From Octopus sinensis (lineage: Eukaryota), in the NCBI RefSeq assembly GCF_006345805.1, contig NC_043009.1:23436001-23500000 (forward strand): DNA of 64,000 nt, in the 5' to 3' direction. Positions within the stretch are counted from its first letter, which is position 1. The number at the start of each line of letters is the position of its first letter. Made by a program: the position numbers and the translations under genes. Under the pieces are notes generated by a model, which saw only the letters and a program-made list of their open reading frames with translations, was not told the DNA's origin and did not search any database. Shown one piece after another: positions 53,675-64,000 of this stretch.

Positions 53675-53679
<5 letters not shown>
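50955..53679 (+). mobile_element. Penelope-like element (RT + GIY-YIG endonuclease; Neptune-like), frameshifted
   Basis: ADKG-like motif (~51050), LRPIIAG, FDVVNLY (~51535), GTAMG (~51720), RYLDD (51854-51868), LPFLD, YYKPTD, CGRPNCGIC linker (52514-52540), NLIY..QYIGQT (52625-52680). Confidence 0.92.
53583..53630 (+). ncRNA. Minimal type I hammerhead ribozyme, U3-A8 variant, at PLE 3' end
   Basis: CATTACAG-TTGAAAA-GGTC(TCAAAAT)GACC-GAAA-CCGG-TA-CTGAAATG; stem I 7 of 8 paired; palindromic stem III ACCGGT. Confidence 0.7.
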
Positions 53680-53755
<76 letters not shown>

Positions 53756-53756
<1 letters not shown>

Positions 53757-53964
53757 CCATGTTGATTCGTTAGCTACTGCACGCAATTTTTTTTCTCTCC
53801 TTCTTTCTGTGTTTTTCTCTCTCTGTGTATCTTTCTGTTGAGAGCGTAGGCTCGAAACGTTAAAGACTTGTTTTATTTATATTTCCTGAGCGCCATACTA
53901 ATACAATTGTTCGTTTGTTTTCCACCTGCCTCGTCGCTTTTGTTTATTTTCATAAAGCTTCCCG

Positions 53965-53965
<1 letters not shown>
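53756..53965 (+). mobile_element. Short non-coding element between (TA)n tracts with a hammerhead-like fold (probable PLE terminal-repeat derivative)
   Basis: TCTTT-CTGTTGA-GAGC(GTAG)GCTC-GAAA-CG-TT-AAAGA at 53830-53866. Confidence 0.5.
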
Positions 53966-54008
<43 letters not shown>

Positions 54009-54299
54009 TATATACTTGTTCGAAGGTTATATGGATACAGTTTGTGTATCAAATAGCTAACTTAAGGCGATGGCCTCATGGAGCTAATAAGCGGACAGCT
54101 TTTTTCTTATTTTTATAAGAATGCCATATTAGTATGGCGATAACTATTATTTCCGGGAACGCTGCCGCTGTTCTCTTTTAGAGAGACTTAGTTATTTTAA
54201 TATTTCTATTATTGAAAACAAGTGGATGTATTCCACCGAACTAGGTAAATAAAACCATCGAACAGAGATTGTCGGAAGCGACACCTACTGGCTGGCTAC

Positions 54300-54341
54300 G
54301 CTGCATTGAAAAGGGGCAATACTCCGAAACGCGTCTGTAGC
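54300..54341 (+). ncRNA. Minimal hammerhead ribozyme (U3-A8 variant), copy 1
   Basis: GCTGCA-TTGAAAA-GGGG(CAATA)CTCC-GAAA-CGCG-TC-TGTAGC; predicted cleavage 3' of C54335. Confidence 0.75.
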
Positions 54342-54658
54342 TGCCGTCAAGTAGTGTGGAGCGACTGACCTCCCTTGTTCGAAGGTTATATGGATACAGT
54401 TTGTGTATCAAATAGCTAATTTAAGGCGATGGCCTCATGGAGCTAATAAGCGGACAGCTTTTTTCTTATTTTTATAAGATGCCATATTAGTATGGCGATA
54501 ACTATTATTTTCCGGGAACGCTGCCGCTGTTCTCTTTTAGAGAGACTTAGTTATTTAATATTTCTATTATTGAAAACAAGTGGATGTATTCCACCGAAAC
54601 TAGGTAAATAAAACCATCGAACAGAGATTGTCGGAAGCGACACCTACTGGCTGGCTAC

Positions 54659-54700
54659 GCTGCATTGAAAAGGGGCAATACTCCGAAACGCGTCTGTAGC
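54659..54700 (+). ncRNA. Minimal hammerhead ribozyme (U3-A8 variant), copy 2
   Basis: Identical to copy 1; predicted cleavage 3' of C54694, 359 nt downstream. Confidence 0.75.
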
Positions 54701-54945
54701 TGCCGGTCAAGTAGTGTGGTGCGACTGACCTCCCTTGTTCGAAGGTTATATGGATACAGTTTTGTGTATCAATAGCTAACTTAAGGCGATGGCCTCATGG
54801 AGCTAATAAGCGGACAGCTTTTTCTTATTTTTATAAGAATGCCATATTAGTATGGCGATAACTATTATTTATATTATATATATAGATATAATATATATAT
54901 ATATAGGTATTATATATATATATATATATATATTATGTATGTATG

Positions 54946-54985
<40 letters not shown>

Positions 54986-55025
54986 GTATGTATATAGATA
55001 TATATATATAATATGTATGTATGAT

Positions 55026-55056
<31 letters not shown>

Positions 55057-55163
55057 TATATAATATATATATATTATGTATGTATATATATATATATATA
55101 TAATATATATATATATATGTATGTATGTATATATATTATATATATATGGATATATAGGTATTG

Positions 55164-55194
<31 letters not shown>

Positions 55195-55210
55195 GTATGT
55201 ATGTATATAT

Positions 55211-55262
<52 letters not shown>

Positions 55263-55365
55263 ATATTATATTATGTATGATATATAATGTATATATATAT
55301 GTATATATATAATGTATGTATGTATATATATATATATATATAAATATATATATATGTATGTAATG

Positions 55366-55396
<31 letters not shown>

Positions 55397-55410
55397 ATAT
55401 ATATATATAT

Positions 55411-55655
55411 ATGTCGATTCCTTCTTCCACTTCCAGGAAATCTACGCTCCCAGCTTAGTGTTTCTAATGCTCGTTGCTTAGTTTTTCTTGGAGGGCTGGC
55501 CGTGATCTAGTAATCTCAAGATTAATCAGCCGAAATTACTCGATGATCCGGTTCTTGACTGAAGACTGAGGGTTTCGAATGTCCTGTCCGTGTTTTATCG
55601 TATCGTCTTCTAAGAGTTATACGTTCTTGTCCATTTTTGTATTTTTCTACATACC

Positions 55656-55657
<2 letters not shown>
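55411..55657 (+). mobile_element. Short element between (TA)n tracts, diverged homolog of 55730-55935
   Basis: Shared GGGCTGGCCG..CAGCCGAAATT..GACTGAAGA..TTCGAATG blocks in inverted orientation. Confidence 0.55.
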
Positions 55658-55690
<33 letters not shown>

Positions 55691-55729
55691 AATATATATA
55701 TATATATGTATGTATATATATATATAAAT

Positions 55730-56565
55730 GAATGTTTTTATATATAATGAACGTGAAATACAAGAAGGGACGAACACGGAACACAGACAAATCATTCGAA
55801 GCCTTCAATCTTCAGTCAGACACTGAATCATCATAGCAAATTTCGGCTGTTCAATTCTGATATTTGTTCCAACTCGGCCAGCCCCAAGAAAAAGACTAAG
55901 CTGTAAGCATTAGATTTCTTGGTAGAAGACAGGAATGTGAACGCACAAGACGGATGTGAATACAAGAGACGAAAACGAATTGAAAACAGTAATGAATAAA
56001 CAAATATATATAACGGTGGTTGTCATACGAACTTAGACCAAATGAGACAAAAACAACAACAACACACACAACAGCTGGCGTAGAAATAATTACCGTTTCG
56101 GTAGCGGGGACATGTGGTCGAGATACGAAGGCCAACAGAATGTTTAAGAAGCAGCAGGTCGCAGGAGAGAGAGAAGAGAGACAGAGAGAGAGGGAATCAA
56201 GAGGGTGGAAGGCAGGACAGAATCAGTGACCAAGAGAAAAGGAGAAAGAAGGGATTAAGGAGGATGGGAGGAAGGGGGAGGAGGATGGAGGAAGAGAGGG
56301 AAGAATCGGAGGGCGCCAAAAAGTTTGGTGAAGAAGCAATGGCGGGTAGGAAAGACAGTGTGTATAGAAGTCGTGCAGGTTTAAAATTGGACAAACAAAC
56401 GGGGGGGGGTGCACGTAACGCCGCATAATATAAGAATGAATGTTTTTATATATAATGAACGTGAAATACAGGAGGGACGAACACGGAACACAGACAAATC
56501 ATTCGAAGCCTTCAATCTTCGTCAGACACCGAATCATCATAGCAATTTTCGGCTGTTCAATTCAT
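55730..56565 (-). mobile_element. ~830-bp non-coding element with ~125-bp direct terminal repeats (PLE-like partial tandem)
   Basis: 55730-55857 is repeated at 56440-56565; purine-rich interior; (TA)n flanks. Confidence 0.55.
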
Positions 56566-56588
56566 ATATGTATATATATGTATGTATG

Positions 56589-56620
<32 letters not shown>

Positions 56621-56630
56621 TATATGTATG

Positions 56631-56675
<45 letters not shown>

Positions 56676-56772
56676 ATATATATATGTATAATATATATAT
56701 AGTATGTATGTATGTATATATATAATATCTATAATATATTAATATATATATGTATATATATATATTTGTATG

Positions 56773-56818
<46 letters not shown>

Positions 56819-57040
56819 TATATATATGTATATATATATATGTATGTATGTATATATATATATATATATAATATATATTTATATATATGTATTTGATTTT
56901 ATAAATATAATTATAAAATTATAATAATTTTTAAATTATATATATAAAATTAAATACTTTGATTTAATTTTTACTTAAATTGGTTAGCTACTTGATAATA
57001 TGCTATATAGACTTTATCCTTGATTATAATTGATATATAC

Positions 57041-57074
<34 letters not shown>

Positions 57075-57269
57075 TAACAGAAAAGGAGGAATTTCAATAA
57101 TCCTCACATTGTGAGTTGTAATATATATAGGAAATTAAATATATTGTTATATTTCGGAATGGTCATTTTGCCAGTTTAGCCAATAAAAGCACAAGCACTA
57201 TATATTTGGTGCTATTTTGCTTCAGTGTTATTTATTTTTTACATTAATCTTAATCTTATTTCGGCCAGA

Positions 57270-57530
57270 GTTCTTTCATCATCATCATCCAGTGTTTTAA
57301 ATCCAGGTTTTGTCCCTGTAAACAGGGGTGGCTGGATCTACCTCAATGTCATAGCAACTGAGGTAGGCAGGTGCAGCCCACCCCTACCTTTAGGCTGGCT
57401 GGTGCCCATTCTCTTTTGCTATCATGAGGCTCTTTTGGAGTTGGATTTTGAATGGGGAGCATGCCCTTGCTTACCCCCCAACCTCAGTTTCTAGACATGA
57501 ATGATCCCAAGACCTCCTCTACCATGATTT
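57270..57530 (-). mobile_element. 3' tail of a second RTE-like family
   Basis: Minus strand GGGGTAAGCAAGGGCATGCTCCCC ... (GAT)n tail. Confidence 0.5.
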
Positions 57531-57663
57531 TTTAAAGGAATGTGGTGGGAAACTAGCTCAAGAAAGCAGGGACGCTACTCCCTGAGACCACTTTTGGAGC
57601 CCCCTCACCTAATCCATAATATACAACCAATATACATACAAAAAGACATATATATGTATATAT

Positions 57664-57725
<62 letters not shown>

Positions 57726-58179
57726 CCAAGGAAAAAGACTCATGATCTCTTAACAAACCAATGTGACATAGTATTTGTTCCACTGGGGAGGGTTACGTGG
57801 TTTGCACATCATAGATTGCATATATATTTTTTTTCACACTTGTATCAGTCCTTAAACTGTGGCCATGCAATCGAATGAGCTGACCTCAGCACTCTTTGCT
57901 TTTTTCAGGCCTGGTACTTATTCTATCGATCTCTTTTGCCAAATCGTTAAGTGGTGGGGACATAAACACAGCAACACCAGTTGTCAAGTGGTGGCCGAGG
58001 ACAAACACAGACACACATAAATATACATGACAAACTTCTTTCACTTTCTGTCAGTCAAATCCACTCACAAGTCTTTGGTCAACCTAAGGGTACAGTAGAA
58101 TTCATTTGCTTGATGTGTCACACAGTGGGGCTGAACCCAGAACCATGTGGTTGCAAAGCAAACGTCTTACCACAGCATT

Positions 58180-58519
58180 TAATTGTGGCCATGCTGAAGC
58201 ACCACCTTTAGTTGAGCAAATCGACCCCAGGACTTATTCTTTGTAAGCCTACTACTTATTCTATCGGTCTCTTTGCCGAACCGCTAAGTTATGGGGGACG
58301 TAAACAAGCATGTTGGGGGCACAAACACAGACACACAAACATATATATATATACATATATACGATGGGCTTCTTTCAGTTTCCATCTACCAAATCCACTC
58401 ACAAGTCTGTGGTTGGCCCGGGGCTATAGTAGAAGACACTTGCCCAAGGTGCAACGCAGTGGGAATGAACCTGGAACCATGTGGTTGGTAAGCAAGCTAC
58501 TTACCACACAGCCACTCCT
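58180..58519 (-). mobile_element. SINE family A
   Basis: Near full-length match; an older copy lies adjacent at ~57830-58180. Confidence 0.85.
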
Positions 58520-58627
58520 ATATATATATATTATACTTTATATTAGTACCAATGTAGTGTTGAGTACTCATTCTCACTGTTCAATATTAGCATGTTATAT
58601 ATATGTATATATATATATATATATATA

Positions 58628-61557
58628 CTAGCATTAAAGACCCGTCGTTGCCGGGTCATAGTGCTAGTGCATGTATATATGTGTATATATATGTGTACAT
58701 ATTACATGTACACATAAAATGCAAAATACAAAGTTATATCTTGATATCGCTAGTGATAATAATACTCAAAATATATAACAGACTGGAATTGTTTTATTAT
58801 TATCCACAAGGGGCGAACATAGAGGGAACAATACAATCTGATGTGGGGTCAGATACACGAATGGGGTTACACAAAGATGAGTTTTAAAAATTCAAAAAAA
58901 TACAAATATAAAAATCGAATGAAGAACAGACCGGAAGACATTACGGATAGAGTGGGAGCGGGTTTAGCTCGGACCCCCATGAGCCCCGCTTCCCCACTGA
59001 TACTTTGGTTTCGTCTAGTTTTACATTTATGTGGTATCATCCACTCACAACTTTCGTGATACATCCTTCCATCGTTCTTCATACACTCTCTTAGTCAGGC
59101 ATTTTCTCTCCAGCCCTATCTTCCTTTTTAGGTGAAAGATGAAGTAATTCATCAATCCAGGGCCGGAGATGAACTTGCCTGACCGTAAACCTTTCATCCT
59201 AGTCTTCCAAATCACCTCTTGCGCAATTGCTACTACAATGAGAAAACAATTCTTACCTTCTTTCGCAAGGAAATCTGGTGGGTCAATTTTTATAATAGAC
59301 TCAGTCGACAGCTGTACTCTTCGTGTGCTTGACAACAGCTGTTCGGCATAAACCCTCACCTGTGACACGACCGAACAATGGACAATAGCGTGCGGGATGG
59401 TTTCCCTATCCCGCTTGCATCTTGGACATATCGGACTGTCTTGGCCACCGTTCCTTGCGAGTTTATCCCGAACAGGTAGAGCTCCTCTGTAACATTGCCA
59501 TGCCAGAGACTTCTGGAAGTTGTCCAGGGTCTTCAGCCCGAACGTACGTCAGAACAGACTGGCCAGCTGATTATCGTCGAGACCTAGGGCTTCCCCTAAG
59601 GTATCTTCACATTCCGTCTCTACCAACCCTCTATAGAAGAATGTGGTGGAACCCCCACCGCAGGCGTTGCCTGAGCGACGGAATAGCAGGAGAGCCTTGC
59701 GACACTCCGTGTACCATGTGCCCAGTTTCGATCTACGATTCAGCCAGGTTTCCCATCCACCGAAACTAGTGAACTTGGGAAACCTCAGTTTTGCTAGCGG
59801 AGACCACACCCGTTCACCATCCATGTAGAGCCACAGATATCTTAACCTCAGCGCATGTCTGCGCATCATCAGCCAAGGCATCCCTAGCCCACCCTTTAAC
59901 GGTTGTTGACAGCAAGTAGAGCGCTTTCACAGAGGGTTTCTCGCCCCTTCCACAAGAAGTAGAAGAGCTGTCTTTCCAACTTGTTCAACCACGAATCAGG
60001 GCAAGGAACGACGGAAAGGCGGTAGGTGATAACCGATGCGATAAACACATTGGCTACTTCCGCCCTTCCTTTCAGGGATAGCCACTGCCAAGACCAGGTC
60101 TTGGCTACTGCAGCCAACCTGCTCGATACCTTACCCCAGTTCTTCTCTATTTGGAGGTCTGGTCCGAACCAAACCCCTAGCAACTTAATCGGACCCTCCG
60201 TCCAACATCCCACGACGCTGTCAGGAGGCATCGACTTGCCTCTCCTGGTGCCGAGTTGCAAGCCGACTGACTTTTCACGATTAACCTTTGCTCCTGTCAC
60301 CGTCTCGTAAACCTCTATGGCCTTGCCTACCCTCTGTAGGTGATCCATTTCGGTTACGATGATGGTGATGTCATCCGCGTAAGCTGACACCGATTTTCCA
60401 CAACCTGGCTGTCTCGGAATGCCACTCAGTTTTCGCAGTAATGGCTCAAGAGCCACCATGTACAAAAGCGGGGAGAGCGGACACCCTTGACAAACCGAGC
60501 GCTTGATGTTGAACGACCTCGAAAAGAAGCCGTTCACCCGGAAAACTGTGCCAGGGCAGGACACCAGGTAGCGATGGTCGACCCTATCGAATGCTTTAGA
60601 TTGGTCTAAATGACCAGTGCCCCACCTTGCAGAATCACTATTTAAACCCCTCTATAGTGTGTACCGCATAAGATGGAGATTATCCTGAATAGATCTGCCA
60701 GGAACGCACATGTTCTGTGCCTCCCCGATCAGACCATTCGCGACACACGCCCAATCTTTTCGATAAACATTTGGCCAAAATCTTCAACTCTGTGTTTAGC
60801 AGAGTGATGGGTCTGAAATTATCAATACACCCCTTGCTCGGGTCCTTTCTGACAAGTGTCACTACTCCCCGGCGCACAGATCTGGGTAGGACCCGTTCTG
60901 CTGCCAGTTCGCATAGACCTCTGCCATTAGGGCCCGAACAAGTCTGGCATACTCTTAATAAACTAAGGGGTAGCCCATCCAAACCCGGCGCCTTGCCCGT
61001 GCCGCAAGTCCGCCATCGTCTCAACCACCTCCCAGGCGTGATTGGCCCTTCACAGCCCATATAACAGACTGGAATTGTTAGCACTTCGTTTTCTCTACAT
61101 TGTATACTTATAGATAATAATCTTTCTTTAATCTAATTTTTATATCAATCTGGACTATTCCATTTTGCACGCTAATTTTATTTTAATTTATTCCCATTCA
61201 TGTGAAACCACTTCTTCAAGTTCAAGTCATTGATACATTTTATACAAATTGCTATTTTTCACTTTTGTTATGTTATGATTATATATACTTTATTTGATTT
61301 TAATTATTACTTACTACATATAATTCAATGTTATTATTATTTTATTGTTAAAGTGAAAGCATCTGACATAAAATAGAGAGAAATAGTTGTTTCACTTTAA
61401 CACGTAATACTGAAATAGTGGAGAAGATATGATATTGCTATGGGCTCGCTCTAGGCAAGTAGGGCATATGTAAAATTTGAATGAAATTGGTTGTGTAGTT
61501 CTCAAGTTTTAGGGAGAGACAGACAGACACACATTCTCAGTTTTATATATATAAAGA
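58628..61557 (-). mobile_element. Non-autonomous Helitron-type element (interrupted by L1/Tx1)
   Basis: A|TC 5' end at 61557; 3' hairpin GACCCG/CGGGTC (58639-58657) followed by CTAG|T at 58628; homolog at 12556-13085. Confidence 0.8.
58794..61058 (-). mobile_element. 5'-truncated L1/Tx1-clade LINE with 21-bp TSD
   Basis: KAPGLDGLP, FRPITLLNTELKILAK, LDQSKAFDRVDH, QGCPLSPLL, YADD (60370-60381), CPRC..H..C knuckle (~59380-59430); ATATAACAGACTGGAATTGTT at 58773-58793 and 61059-61079. Confidence 0.92.
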
Positions 61558-61613
61558 TATATATATGTATGTATGTATGTATGTATATATACTCGTATAT
61601 GTATATATATATA

Positions 61614-61642
<29 letters not shown>

Positions 61643-61650
<8 letters not shown>

Positions 61651-61969
61651 ATCATCATCATCATCGTTTAACGTCCGTTTTCCGCGCTAGCACGGGTTGG
61701 ATGGTTCAGCGGGGTCTGGGAAGCCAGGGGCGTGCACCAGGCTCCAGTCTGATCTGCAGTGTTTCTACAGCTGGATACCCTTCTAACGCCAACCACTCCG
61801 TGGTAGTGGGTGCTTTTTTACGTGCCACCTGCACAGGTGCCAGGGGGGTCTGGCATCGGCCACGATCGGTTGGTGCTTTTTTAACGTGCCACCGGCACGG
61901 AAGCCAGCCAAGGCGGCGCTGGCATCGGCCACGTTCTGATGGTGCTTTTTATGTGCCACCGGCACAGAT
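61643..61969 (-). mobile_element. RTE LINE 3' tail with UTR subrepeats
   Basis: Reverse complement of the tail family, including GTGGCAC subrepeats. Confidence 0.85.
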
Positions 61970-61983
61970 GTATGTATATATAT

Positions 61984-62020
<37 letters not shown>

Positions 62021-62022
62021 GA

Positions 62023-62053
<31 letters not shown>

Positions 62054-62730
62054 TATATGTCAATGCATGTGTATAAACTATGCAACATAGACACACACAC
62101 ACACCTAATACTCGATATGTGCATGAGGACAGCATATCAATTACTAAGTTGACAGGTTTATCAGGGGACATCACATCCCAAAGTGCTCATTAATGAAATG
62201 ACTCAGGTAGCATTAGATCCGGCTGAGTTAATGCGATTCTCCTCCCACACACACAACTCCAAACTGAACAGATGTGCGGAATTTCCATGTTGACAATTTT
62301 GGCTTTGGATTATGTAGAATCTTTATTGTTTCTTTCTTCTTTATTTTCTTTTTTTTTGCATTTTTGTTTTGATCACAGCACCACTCGTGCATGAAGAAAC
62401 ATTTTTTGTTTTGAAGTATTCATAGATTTTGAGATGTTGGTAATCGCTATATGCACTAACAGAATTCAAATTTAGAAAGCAGTTAATGGCAACAAGTTGT
62501 TCTGGATGATTAGGTCTCTGCTATGATGAGGTCAGCCATAGTGAATATAACTCTTTCCTCCTTTATCGCTTATCTGTTACAGTCATTAGACTGTGGCTAT
62601 GCTGGAGTACTAACTTGTAGAATCTTAGTCAAATAAATCAACCCCAGTATGTAACTTTTTTAAAACCTGGTATTTATTCTATCGAATTCTTTTGCTGAAG
62701 CACAAATACAGCCAGACACACACATGTATA

Positions 62731-64000
62731 CACAGACATGCAGGAAATAAATAGACACCTTTAATTTTCAAAATCTTTTATTTAATATGCAAAGCAAACA
62801 ATTGAAATGTAGTCGATAGGTAGGACTACATACTTTAGTATTTAGTTGACATTCCCTTTGCAGTTTTTAATTCAGAAACTCTTTTTGGCAATTAACTGAT
62901 GAGCTTTGCGATTGTCTCTTGTGGAATTTCTGCCCACTTTTCACACAACAATTGAAACAATTCATCTTTAGATTTAGGTTTCTGTCGAGTTTTTCGTATA
63001 GCTCTCTATCTAGTATGCTCCAAAGATTTTCAATTGGGTTCATGTCAGGGGATTTGCTCGACCAAGGAAGCTTTATGATCCCATTTTCAGTCAGCCATTG
63101 TTGATTCCTTTTCGCTGTGTAGCACGGAGCCCTATCTTCCACGATGAATAAAAACTAATTTTTCGTTATATTATCCTGTGAATACATCAGACACAGTCCT
63201 TGCTTAAGTATTCTGATGTATTTTTCAGAGTTTATGGTTCCAACACATTCGATCAGCTCAGAACGACTATTACTGGTGACAGCCACTCATACCATTACAG
63301 AGATACCACCATGTTTCACAATTGGTTGAGTCGTTTCAAATCTAATTCTTGATTGGGAAGCCTCCAGACCCAAACACGTCCACTGTCTGAAAATAATGCA
63401 AATCTGGATTCATCTGAGACACTCACTCTATCCCAAAATGAACTGGATTTTTCTGACATCTCCTTAGCCCATTTCTTTCTTTTCCTGATATTAATTAGTT
63501 GAAGGAGAGGTTTTCTTCTAGCTGTTCGTCCATAATACTCAAGCTTATGCAGATATGTAACACACGTTCTTGGACTAACTTCTAGCTGTTTTGCAATGTC
63601 AGAAGCCTTTGAATAGGGTTTGTTTTCCACAATTCTCTTCTAACAGCGAAGCTTTCTTTCTGAGGGACTAGGTCGGCCGGGACGAGAATCTGTTGATTCT
63701 TTTCCTTGGCTTTTGAATTGCACTATAATTCTATTAACAGTAGCAAGAGGAATTTGAAGATTTTCAGCAATTTTTTGCTGGCTAAGGACCAGCCTCAGAT
63801 TGTCCAACAATACACCCTCTTTGAAAATCTGACAGTTCTACTGAATTTTTTGTGCGTGGCATGGTTACTCTTTGCAAATGTTTAATATAATGGCACCTGG
63901 AATGAAAACGAATAGTTACATTGTAAATTCTACACCGCTGAAAACATATTAAGACGCTTAGATCAGAAATTTTGAAAATTAAGGGTGTCTATTTACTTCC
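62731..64000 (-). mobile_element. Tc1-like transposon, decayed transposase; right TIR runs off the window
   Basis: WSSKSPDMNPIENLW and RTARRKPLL motifs; 62743-62774 matches the reverse complement of 63969-64000 at 30/32; TA at 62729-62730. Confidence 0.88.

Larger units (their letters stand above)
54015..54870 (+). repeat. ~359-bp tandem repeat (2.4 units) carrying hammerhead motifs; candidate non-LTR retrozyme
   Basis: Units start CTTGTTCGAAGG at 54015, 54374 and 54734; copies are near-identical; no ORF; (TA)n at both ends. Confidence 0.9.

Noticed and set aside
55555-55590. GACTGAAGA..TTCGAAT as a hammerhead (also on the minus strand at ~55790-55820)
   Set aside because: GAAT instead of GAAA, and no consistent stems I and III.

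Overview
AT-rich, microsatellite-dense animal DNA. The SINE and LINE repertoire suggests an octopus-like cephalopod; this is an inference. I find no supportable host protein-coding gene: the listed ORFs are microsatellite or SINE artefacts, or pieces of decayed transposons. Contents: (i) dozens of copies of several tRNA-derived SINE families; (ii) non-LTR retrotransposon remnants (RTE, L1/Tx1 with a 21-bp TSD, two R4/Dong-type 3' ends, a CR1 tail); (iii) DNA-transposon derivatives (mariner, Tc1, Tigger/pogo, piggyBac-type and hAT-type MITEs, two Helitron-type copies); (iv) two unrelated Penelope-like elements (PLEs). The most striking area is the (TA)n-rich block at ~47.6-57 kb. It holds a frameshifted RT + GIY-YIG PLE whose 3' end carries a minimal hammerhead-ribozyme fold with a non-canonical UUGAAAA core (U3-A8 instead of C3-G8). 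About 340 bp downstream is a non-coding ~359-bp tandem repeat (2.4 units) with the same variant hammerhead in each complete unit, a candidate retrozyme/circular-RNA system paired with a PLE. A second notable observation is that one SINE family's 3' tail matches the 3' end of the L1/Tx1 LINE in this window. All folds and alignments were done by eye and need computational and experimental confirmation.
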